Shown piece by piece: positions 1 to 7,548 of a stretch of DNA of 9,024 nucleotides. A program made the position numbers and the translations under genes. This DNA is from Naegleria gruberi (Eukaryota). The DNA lies in NCBI GenBank assembly GCA_000004985.1, contig GG739050.1. One strand, 5' to 3'. Within the stretch, counting starts at the first letter, position 1; each line of letters starts with the position of its first letter. The notes under the pieces are model-generated. The model was not told the DNA's origin, ran no database searches, and saw nothing but the letters and a program-made list of their open reading frames with translations.

Positions 1-43
1 ATAAGTAATCGACAATAAACGTTCATATTGTTCTTCACAAACT

Positions 44-112
44 CTCTCAGTGTGCGTGTGAGAGCAGCGGAGGTGAGAGTGTTGTTTGTGATTGTTGTGT
101 AATAAGGCTCCA
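44..112 (+). promoter_or_regulatory. GT-rich (CA-rich on the opposite strand) element with an internal inverted repeat (CTCTCA-9nt-TGAGAG, TGAGAG repeated), about 60-130 bp upstream of the profilin-like ATG. Candidate promoter element.
   Basis: Seen in sequence: 'caaactctctcagtgtgcgtgtgagagcagcggaggtgagagtgttgtttgtgattgttgtgt' is a G/T-rich island in otherwise AT-rich 5' flank. ctctca at ~46-51 pairs with tgagag at ~61-66. G-box/CA-rich elements are known promoter elements in dictyostelids, but this one is not verified. Confidence 0.3.
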
Positions 113-174
113 CATCATCACTCAACCACTTTTTTCTTATTAAAAAAAACAACCTCCTTAATTATTATACAAAA

Positions 175-588
175 ATGGCTTCTCTTCCATGGACTGCTTG
201 GGTTCAAGGTGCTTTGTTGGCTCCTCTTGCTCAATCTGGTGCTTCTGCTGTCTTGTTGATGGGTGCTGATGGAAGTATGTGGGGTTTGGCTGGTCAATGG
301 AATGTTTCTGCTCAAGAAGCTGCCACTTTGGCTAATGCTATTAAGACTAGTGCTGGTGCTCCAATTTCTTGCACTTTGGGTGGTGTTAAATTCATGGGTA
401 TGAGAGCTGATGACTCTGAATTTGTCTCCAATTCTACTCAAAAGACTTGTGTCTGTGGTCATATGTTGAAGAAGACCACCATTGTCGTTTGGGGTGCTTT
501 GGACCATGCCAGAAATATCAATGCTGCTGTCAGTAAGGTTGCTGAAGCTTTGGCTCAAGACCCATCTGTTGCTTCCCTCTTGAACTAA
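175..588 (+). CDS. Divergent profilin-family protein. 137 aa, complete, single exon.
   Basis: Clean ORF with aaaaATG start context and TAA stop. The protein carries profilin hallmarks: N-terminal W-x-x-W (LPWTAWV), 'GADGSMWG', the 'LGGVKFMGMRADD' block (compare yeast QKFMLLRADD and the GG.KYM of other profilins), and 'KKTTIVVWGALD' (compare KTGQALVVGIYD). Codon usage is strongly biased: Leu almost all TTG, Ala GCT, Gly GGT, Lys AAG, Arg AGA. G+C is about 46% by hand count. Confidence 0.8.
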   Translation: MASLPWTAWVQGALLAPLAQSGASAVLLMGADGSMWGLAGQWNVSAQEAATLANAIKTSAGAPISCTLGGVKFMGMRADDSEFVSNSTQKTCVCGHMLKKTTIVVWGALDHARNINAAVSKVAEALAQDPSVASLLN

Positions 589-759
589 ATTGTATAAAAC
601 AAAAATTTCAAAAAAAATAACAAATTCCCGAAAAATGACATTTTATTCATCCTCATCACTTTCTTTGTTCCGATTACGAGCTAAATAATTATTAATTTCA
701 TCTAATATTGGATCTAATATTTGTGTTAATTAACCAGAAGTCTGATCGTATATTGTTGC

Positions 760-765
760 AATAAA
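760..765 (+). promoter_or_regulatory. AATAAA hexamer, a possible poly-A signal for the profilin-like gene, about 170 nt after its stop.
   Basis: Seen in sequence: 'gcaataaaaactc'. No closer canonical hexamer after the stop at 586-588. Weak. Confidence 0.2.
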
Positions 766-861
766 AACTCTTCCGATCTTTTTTATCTTACAAGAATCAT
801 CATGCTAAAATTTAGAATATTTAAATTATTAATCAATACATTACATTAAACAACAACAAAC

Positions 862-1470
862 TTTCGGAACCAATTTCTTTATTGATTTGCAACATTTTAA
901 TATATAATGTATGAATATTGTATTAAAAATTACAAATTCAATTCAATCCGTAAAATATTCCTAATAAATATATTAAAAAAATTAAATCCATCAAATATTA
1001 TTATTAACTTGAATATTGAATAAAACGAGAAACAAAATTTCGGAAATAATTTCTTTAATGATTTGCATCATTTTAATATATAATTTATTATTAGTTGAGT
1101 TGAAATCACAAATTTCATTCAATCCGTAAAATATTCCTAATAAATATATTAAAAAAAATTAAATCCATCAAATATTATTTTTAAACTAAAAAAAGAATAC
1201 ATTAATTTTAAAAGTTTCGGAATTAATTTCTTTAATGATTTGCAACATTTTAATATATAATTTATTATTAGTTGAGTTGAAATCACAAATTTCATTCATT
1301 CCGTAAAATATTCCTAATAAATATATTAAAAAAAATTAAATCCATCAAATATTATTATTAACTTGAATATTGAATAAAACGAGAAACAAAATTTCGGAAA
1401 TAATTTCTTTGATGATTTGCAACAATGTAATATTGTTAATTATTATATTGGATTTAAAATTACAAATTTC
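862..1470. repeat. Tandem array of a ~177-bp AT-rich unit. Three full copies plus a diverged partial fourth, sitting directly upstream of the Asn-rich gene.
   Basis: The anchor 'tttcgg' recurs at 862, 1038, 1215 and 1392, giving periods of 176, 177 and 177 bp. Units 2 and 3 are near-identical over 'tttcggaa(a/t)taatttctttaatgatttgca(a/t)cattttaatatataatttattattagttgagttgaaatcacaaatttcattca(a/t)tccgtaaaatattcctaataaatatattaaaaaaaattaaatccatcaaatatt'. Unit 1 shares both ends but has a different middle. Unit 4 is truncated and diverges into the promoter. Confidence 0.85.
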
Positions 1471-1508
1471 CATGATGCTTGTTTCAATAAGAATCATTTC
1501 TGAAAAAA

Positions 1509-3080
1509 ATGAATGAAGACAATCAAGAAGTAGTGAGTGAAGACAGTCAAGAAGTTATGTCTGAAGAAGAACAATCAATCCAGCCAAATCCACCATCCAA
1601 TAACAAAAATTCGGATGAGAAAATCGGATCATCTGTGTTTGTAGTAGGAGTTTCTTCTGATGATATAGATAATTTACTAGAAATTCCTTTTGAAAAGTTG
1701 ATAGAAGTTGATCAAACAACTGATAAAGCAAAGGACTTCAAGATGAAAATAGATAATTTGAACAAAATAACAACTCCAGAGAAAGAAACGCAAGATGAAG
1801 AGCAATCATCAACTTCCATATTACCAACAGAAGAACAATTAACCGATGAAGAAACAGCAAGCAACTCAATTACAACAAAACAGGCAACAAAAAAACAAGC
1901 TAACAAAAGAGGAAGAAAGAAGAAAGAAGAGAAACCAGCAACAGAACTAAGAAGATCACACAGGTTACAAAAAAAACAAGTAAATTACGAAGAGGATGAG
2001 GATGATGATGATGTTGAAGAAGAACCAGAACCCCAAACAAAGAAAACAAAACCAAATACTGAAGAAAAGAAAAATTTAAATTCTAAAATTAATGATTACA
2101 TTGAACCTGTTCAGAAATCAACATTTGCAAGTGCAAGTGGTAGTAATAATTCTAATAGTAATAATAATATTAATTCCAATAATAACAATTATAATAATAA
2201 TTTTAATAATTTAATTAATAATAATTGTAATAATTATAATTGTAATTTGAACAATAACAATTTAAATAATAATTGCAATAATTTAAATAATAATTTCAAT
2301 AATAATTGCTATAGTTTTAATAATAATTTAAATAATTTTAATAATAATTATAATAATTGTAATAACAATATTTATAATAATTTTAATAATAATAATTTTA
2401 ATAATAATTTAAATTATAATTCAAATAATAATAATAATAATTGTAATAATAATTTAAATAATAATAATTTAGATAATAGTAATAATTATTCAGATAATAA
2501 TTATAACAACAATTTTAATAATCATTTTAATAATCATTTTAATAATCATAATTACAATTATTATAATAACAATAATAATAATTTTAATAATAATCACAGA
2601 AATATCAATAATAATTATAATAATAATTTTAATAATAATTTTAATAATAATTATAGAAATTCTATAATATATAATAATAATATTAATAATAATAACAACG
2701 ATAATTATTATTTTAATAATAATTTTCCTCATTATTATACTAATGAGTTTAATAATAATATGATCAGGCCAATTAATTTCAATCCAATTAATAATGGAAT
2801 TAGTGAAAAATATTTAGATGATCTTTTATTTCGTTTATTAAATGATGCCACAATAGAATCCACAATCAAAACTACAATAAGCAAACTTCTTTCCACAAAA
2901 ATAGAAGATTCAATAAGCAACAATTTTACAAAATTATTAGCAACTCCTAACAATAATTTGCCTATTAATTCACGCAATCATTATTCTATCCTTTCCGATG
3001 CTATTTTGTTGTGTAATAATAATAATAACAAACAAATTATTATGCAGCTTTTGATGAAAATTTTAAGAGAACAACAATAA
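1509..3080 (+). CDS. Asn-rich low-complexity protein. 523 aa, complete, apparently single exon. It has an acidic N-terminus, a basic cluster (KKQANKRGRKKKEEK, NLS or AT-hook-like), a D/E run, a ~200-aa Asn domain punctuated by Y/F/C/L/I/H, and a ~110-aa non-repetitive C-terminal domain.
   Basis: Uninterrupted ORF with start context 'gaaaaaaATGaat' and a TAA stop overlapping AATAAA. Codon usage is AT-rich (AAT, AAA, TTA, AGA, GGA, ACA), like the other low-bias genes in the window. The antisense ORFs inside it are low-complexity artefacts. Confidence 0.8.
   Translation: MNEDNQEVVSEDSQEVMSEEEQSIQPNPPSNNKNSDEKIGSSVFVVGVSSDDIDNLLEIPFEKLIEVDQTTDKAKDFKMKIDNLNKITTPEKETQDEEQSSTSILPTEEQLTDEETASNSITTKQATKKQANKRGRKKKEEKPATELRRSHRLQKKQVNYEEDEDDDDVEEEPEPQTKKTKPNTEEKKNLNSKINDYIEPVQKSTFASASGSNNSNSNNNINSNNNNYNNNFNNLINNNCNNYNCNLNNNNLNNNCNNLNNNFNNNCYSFNNNLNNFNNNYNNCNNNIYNNFNNNNFNNNLNYNSNNNNNNCNNNLNNNNLDNSNNYSDNNYNNNFNNHFNNHFNNHNYNYYNNNNNNFNNNHRNINNNYNNNFNNNFNNNYRNSIIYNNNINNNNNDNYYFNNNFPHYYTNEFNNNMIRPINFNPINNGISEKYLDDLLFRLLNDATIESTIKTTISKLLSTKIEDSISNNFTKLLATPNNNLPINSRNHYSILSDAILLCNNNNNKQIIMQLLMKILREQQ
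2143..2760 (+). repeat. Coding low-complexity tract built from a degenerate (AAT)n / 12-mer 'aataataattNt' microsatellite. It encodes the N-rich domain.
   Basis: Seen in sequence: long runs of aat aat aat interrupted by t-N-t codons (tat, ttt, tgt, tta/ttg, att, cat). Short higher-order repeats such as 'aat cat ttt aat' occur three times in a row at 2521-2556. Confidence 0.8.
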
Positions 3081-3081
3081 A
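3076..3081 (+). promoter_or_regulatory. AATAAA poly-A signal overlapping the TAA stop of the Asn-rich gene.
   Basis: 'caa caa TAA aaa atg' contains AATAAA at 3076-3081. A stop embedded in the poly-A signal is common in AT-rich protist genomes. Confidence 0.4.
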
Positions 3082-3245
3082 AAATGACCACAGAATGCGA
3101 AATTTTTTTTGAAATTTTTGTTATAAATATAGTGTATTATTATACTTTTCATTGTATTTAACTTGGATTGTTTTGTCTTGAATTTAACACAAAAGATCAC
3201 TTGTTATCATTAAGCATGTGATCAAAATATTTAATAGATATTAAG

Positions 3246-3429
3246 CTAATTGTGTGATGGTGGTCTCATAATTTGAACATGAACAGTAGATCTTTCTTCA
3301 TAATCACCTGGATCATTTTCAAACATTGGTGGATACTTCCTCTGGAATCCATATTCCACTTTGAATCCTCTCTCTGTGGCCAATTTAAATAAATTCATAT
3401 CTTCCTTAATCAACCAAGGTCGGTGATGT
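3246..3429 (-). CDS. Terminal exon of a Methyltransf_16/METTL21-like protein-lysine methyltransferase gene. It encodes the last 61 aa plus the TAG stop (...S|HHRPWLIKEDMNLFKLATERGFKVEYGFQRKYPPMFENDPGDYEERSTVHVQIMRPPSHN*).
   Basis: Minus-strand reading after the intron. The ORF is open from the acceptor (tatttAG|acatcaccg) to TAG (rc of cta at 3246-3248). Its reading phase matches a phase-2 junction (tc|a = Ser). The 'Y-x-HHRPW...F...A...GF' stretch is the usual C-terminal continuation after motif III/IV in this methyltransferase family. The ORF track does not list it because the upstream exon ends in an in-frame TAA created by the donor. Confidence 0.65.
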
Positions 3430-3513
3430 CTAAATATTATTAAAATTATTATTTAATTATTATTAATAATAATATTATACAATAAGTACTATTTGAAATT
3501 AACAATTACTTAC
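3430..3513 (-). other. 84-bp spliceosomal intron (phase 2) in the methyltransferase gene. GTAAGT donor, tatttAG acceptor, about 90% A+T.
   Basis: On the minus strand the upstream exon ends '...tat tc' and is followed by 'GTAAGTaattgtt...aataatatttAG'. Unspliced, the reading is tcg TAA, an immediate stop. Spliced, it restores a 61-codon ORF with family-typical residues. Confidence 0.65.
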
Positions 3514-3823
3514 GAATATCCGACATAAATCAAAGTATTAGGATGTGACAAATATTCACAACTGTCCAACAATTGAGAATGACAAAAATGATTGAACAAC
3601 AAGTCACTCAACAGAATGATATCAAAAGTTTCCTTCTCCTCTCCTTTTCCGAATGTTTGTTCTAATTTTTCACCCCAAGCATGTCCTCTCACTTCCATCA
3701 CAGTGTTATCTTCATCAAAATTCAATGCAACATTCCTCTTGAGATTTGGAATTAAATCTCCATCATCAATATCGGTAATAATAACCTTCTTGGCTCCGAG
3801 TTTGCCACAAGCTAAACTTGGAA
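3514..3823 (-). CDS. Internal/5' exon of the same methyltransferase gene, partial, with its upstream end lost in the assembly gap. It encodes ...PSLACGKLGAKKVIITDIDDGDLIPNLKRNVALNFDEDNTVMEVRGHAWGEKLEQTFGKGEEKETFDIILLSDLLFNHFCHSQLLDSCEYLSHPNTLIYVGYS.
   Basis: Class-I SAM-methyltransferase motifs of the Methyltransf_16 family: the motif I tail 'GKLGAKKVIITD' (compare ...LGAxKVxxTD), 'LIPNLKRNVALN', 'AWGE', and motif 'FDIILLSDLLF' (compare FDxIxxSDxxY). The N-terminal part, including GxGxG and the start codon, is hidden in the N run. Confidence 0.75.
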
Positions 3824-6800
3824 NNNNNNNNNNNNNNNNNNNNNNNNNNNNNNNNNNNNNNNNNNNNNNNNNNNNNNNNNNNNNNNNNNNNNNNNNNNNN
3901 NNNNNNNNNNNNNNNNNNNNNNNNNNNNNNNNNNNNNNNNNNNNNNNNNNNNNNNNNNNNNNNNNNNNNNNNNNNNNNNNNNNNNNNNNNNNNNNNNNNN
4001 NNNNNNNNNNNNNNNNNNNNNNNNNNNNNNNNNNNNNNNNNNNNNNNNNNNNNNNNNNNNNNNNNNNNNNNNNNNNNNNNNNNNNNNNNNNNNNNNNNNN
4101 NNNNNNNNNNNNNNNNNNNNNNNNNNNNNNNNNNNNNNNNNNNNNNNNNNNNNNNNNNNNNNNNNNNNNNNNNNNNNNNNNNNNNNNNNNNNNNNNNNNN
4201 NNNNNNNNNNNNNNNNNNNNNNNNNNNNNNNNNNNNNNNNNNNNNNNNNNNNNNNNNNNNNNNNNNNNNNNNNNNNNNNNNNNNNNNNNNNNNNNNNNNN
4301 NNNNNNNNNNNNNNNNNNNNNNNNNNNNNNNNNNNNNNNNNNNNNNNNNNNNNNNNNNNNNNNNNNNNNNNNNNNNNNNNNNNNNNNNNNNNNNNNNNNN
4401 NNNNNNNNNNNNNNNNNNNNNNNNNNNNNNNNNNNNNNNNNNNNNNNNNNNNNNNNNNNNNNNNNNNNNNNNNNNNNNNNNNNNNNNNNNNNNNNNNNNN
4501 NNNNNNNNNNNNNNNNNNNNNNNNNNNNNNNNNNNNNNNNNNNNNNNNNNNNNNNNNNNNNNNNNNNNNNNNNNNNNNNNNNNNNNNNNNNNNNNNNNNN
4601 NNNNNNNNNNNNNNNNNNNNNNNNNNNNNNNNNNNNNNNNNNNNNNNNNNNNNNNNNNNNNNNNNNNNNNNNNNNNNNNNNNNNNNNNNNNNNNNNNNNN
4701 NNNNNNNNNNNNNNNNNNNNNNNNNNNNNNNNNNNNNNNNNNNNNNNNNNNNNNNNNNNNNNNNNNNNNNNNNNNNNNNNNNNNNNNNNNNNNNNNNNNN
4801 NNNNNNNNNNNNNNNNNNNNNNNNNNNNNNNNNNNNNNNNNNNNNNNNNNNNNNNNNNNNNNNNNNNNNNNNNNNNNNNNNNNNNNNNNNNNNNNNNNNN
4901 NNNNNNNNNNNNNNNNNNNNNNNNNNNNNNNNNNNNNNNNNNNNNNNNNNNNNNNNNNNNNNNNNNNNNNNNNNNNNNNNNNNNNNNNNNNNNNNNNNNN
5001 NNNNNNNNNNNNNNNNNNNNNNNNNNNNNNNNNNNNNNNNNNNNNNNNNNNNNNNNNNNNNNNNNNNNNNNNNNNNNNNNNNNNNNNNNNNNNNNNNNNN
5101 NNNNNNNNNNNNNNNNNNNNNNNNNNNNNNNNNNNNNNNNNNNNNNNNNNNNNNNNNNNNNNNNNNNNNNNNNNNNNNNNNNNNNNNNNNNNNNNNNNNN
5201 NNNNNNNNNNNNNNNNNNNNNNNNNNNNNNNNNNNNNNNNNNNNNNNNNNNNNNNNNNNNNNNNNNNNNNNNNNNNNNNNNNNNNNNNNNNNNNNNNNNN
5301 NNNNNNNNNNNNNNNNNNNNNNNNNNNNNNNNNNNNNNNNNNNNNNNNNNNNNNNNNNNNNNNNNNNNNNNNNNNNNNNNNNNNNNNNNNNNNNNNNNNN
5401 NNNNNNNNNNNNNNNNNNNNNNNNNNNNNNNNNNNNNNNNNNNNNNNNNNNNNNNNNNNNNNNNNNNNNNNNNNNNNNNNNNNNNNNNNNNNNNNNNNNN
5501 NNNNNNNNNNNNNNNNNNNNNNNNNNNNNNNNNNNNNNNNNNNNNNNNNNNNNNNNNNNNNNNNNNNNNNNNNNNNNNNNNNNNNNNNNNNNNNNNNNNN
5601 NNNNNNNNNNNNNNNNNNNNNNNNNNNNNNNNNNNNNNNNNNNNNNNNNNNNNNNNNNNNNNNNNNNNNNNNNNNNNNNNNNNNNNNNNNNNNNNNNNNN
5701 NNNNNNNNNNNNNNNNNNNNNNNNNNNNNNNNNNNNNNNNNNNNNNNNNNNNNNNNNNNNNNNNNNNNNNNNNNNNNNNNNNNNNNNNNNNNNNNNNNNN
5801 NNNNNNNNNNNNNNNNNNNNNNNNNNNNNNNNNNNNNNNNNNNNNNNNNNNNNNNNNNNNNNNNNNNNNNNNNNNNNNNNNNNNNNNNNNNNNNNNNNNN
5901 NNNNNNNNNNNNNNNNNNNNNNNNNNNNNNNNNNNNNNNNNNNNNNNNNNNNNNNNNNNNNNNNNNNNNNNNNNNNNNNNNNNNNNNNNNNNNNNNNNNN
6001 NNNNNNNNNNNNNNNNNNNNNNNNNNNNNNNNNNNNNNNNNNNNNNNNNNNNNNNNNNNNNNNNNNNNNNNNNNNNNNNNNNNNNNNNNNNNNNNNNNNN
6101 NNNNNNNNNNNNNNNNNNNNNNNNNNNNNNNNNNNNNNNNNNNNNNNNNNNNNNNNNNNNNNNNNNNNNNNNNNNNNNNNNNNNNNNNNNNNNNNNNNNN
6201 NNNNNNNNNNNNNNNNNNNNNNNNNNNNNNNNNNNNNNNNNNNNNNNNNNNNNNNNNNNNNNNNNNNNNNNNNNNNNNNNNNNNNNNNNNNNNNNNNNNN
6301 NNNNNNNNNNNNNNNNNNNNNNNNNNNNNNNNNNNNNNNNNNNNNNNNNNNNNNNNNNNNNNNNNNNNNNNNNNNNNNNNNNNNNNNNNNNNNNNNNNNN
6401 NNNNNNNNNNNNNNNNNNNNNNNNNNNNNNNNNNNNNNNNNNNNNNNNNNNNNNNNNNNNNNNNNNNNNNNNNNNNNNNNNNNNNNNNNNNNNNNNNNNN
6501 NNNNNNNNNNNNNNNNNNNNNNNNNNNNNNNNNNNNNNNNNNNNNNNNNNNNNNNNNNNNNNNNNNNNNNNNNNNNNNNNNNNNNNNNNNNNNNNNNNNN
6601 NNNNNNNNNNNNNNNNNNNNNNNNNNNNNNNNNNNNNNNNNNNNNNNNNNNNNNNNNNNNNNNNNNNNNNNNNNNNNNNNNNNNNNNNNNNNNNNNNNNN
6701 NNNNNNNNNNNNNNNNNNNNNNNNNNNNNNNNNNNNNNNNNNNNNNNNNNNNNNNNNNNNNNNNNNNNNNNNNNNNNNNNNNNNNNNNNNNNNNNNNNNN

Positions 6801-7548
6801 NNNNNNNNNNNNNNNNNNNNNNNNNNNNNNNNNNNNNNNNNNNNNNNNNNNNNNNNNNNNNNNNNNNNNNNNNNNNNNNNNNNNNNNNNNNNNNNNNNNN
6901 NNNNNNNNNNNNNNNNNNNNNNNNNNNNNNNNNNNNNNNNNNNNNNNNNNNNNNNNNNNNNNNNNNNNNNNNNNNNNNNNNNNNNNNNNNNNNNNNNNNN
7001 NNNNNNNNNNNNNNNNNNNNNNNNNNNNNNNNNNNNNNNNNNNNNNNNNNNNNNNNNNNNNNNNNNNNNNNNNNNNNNNNNNNNNNNNNNNNNNNNNNNN
7101 NNNNNNNNNNNNNNNNNNNNNNNNNNNNNNNNNNNNNNNNNNNNNNNNNNNNNNNNNNNNNNNNNNNNNNNNNNNNNNNNNNNNNNNNNNNNNNNNNNNN
7201 NNNNNNNNNNNNNNNNNNNNNNNNNNNNNNNNNNNNNNNNNNNNNNNNNNNNNNNNNNNNNNNNNNNNNNNNNNNNNNNNNNNNNNNNNNNNNNNNNNNN
7301 NNNNNNNNNNNNNNNNNNNNNNNNNNNNNNNNNNNNNNNNNNNNNNNNNNNNNNNNNNNNNNNNNNNNNNNNNNNNNNNNNNNNNNNNNNNNNNNNNNNN
7401 NNNNNNNNNNNNNNNNNNNNNNNNNNNNNNNNNNNNNNNNNNNNNNNNNNNNNNNNNNNNNNNNNNNNNNNNNNNNNNNNNNNNNNNNNNNNNNNNNNNN
7501 NNNNNNNNNNNNNNNNNNNNNNNNNNNNNNNNNNNNNNNNNNNNNNNN
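3824..7548. other. Assembly gap of 3,725 consecutive N. No sequence information.
   Basis: Seen directly. The ORFs 3592-7722(+), 3812-7594(-), 3818-7582(+) and most of 3510-8297(-) are read-through artefacts (poly-X). Confidence 0.99.

Noticed and set aside
118-558. 146-aa ORF on the minus strand overlapping the profilin-like gene
   Set aside because: It is antisense to a gene with a strong homology signature and strong codon bias. Its own translation is Ser/Thr-rich low-complexity without a family resemblance. This is a typical shadow ORF.
640-800. Possible small spliced minus-strand gene (ATGATGATTCTT|GTAAGA...tattAG, downstream frame ...ILDEINNYLARNRNKESDEDE*)
   Set aside because: I could not find an exon junction that keeps a consistent frame with an ATG. 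The best spliced model gives only ~35 aa of hydrophobic low-complexity sequence. More likely this is the 3' UTR of the profilin gene plus upstream region of the next gene.
862-1470. The 177-bp tandem array as a transposable element or its terminal repeats
   Set aside because: There are no terminal inverted repeats, target-site duplications, or transposase/RT coding capacity. The copies are strictly head-to-tail. I report it as a minisatellite instead. A dispersed-repeat origin can only be tested genome-wide.
862-1470. STAT-type TTCnnnGAA site in the repeat unit (tttcggaaat)
   Set aside because: The motif is TTC-G-GAA with a 1-nt spacer, not the 3-nt spacer required for GAS/STAT sites. The nearby gaaataatttc is only an imperfect palindrome. 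I did not call a specific factor.
1961-1990. Possible intron donor 'caaGTAAATtac' inside the Asn-rich gene
   Set aside because: The reading frame is continuous through it (…Q V N Y…). There is no frame problem to solve and no convincing acceptor. I treat the gene as single-exon.
1712-2977. Three minus-strand ORFs (1712-1906, 2490-2732, 2735-2977) inside the Asn-rich gene
   Set aside because: They are antisense to a long sense ORF. Their translations are poly-Ile/Leu nonsense, as expected from the complement of AAT repeats (ATT). They are artefacts of low complexity.
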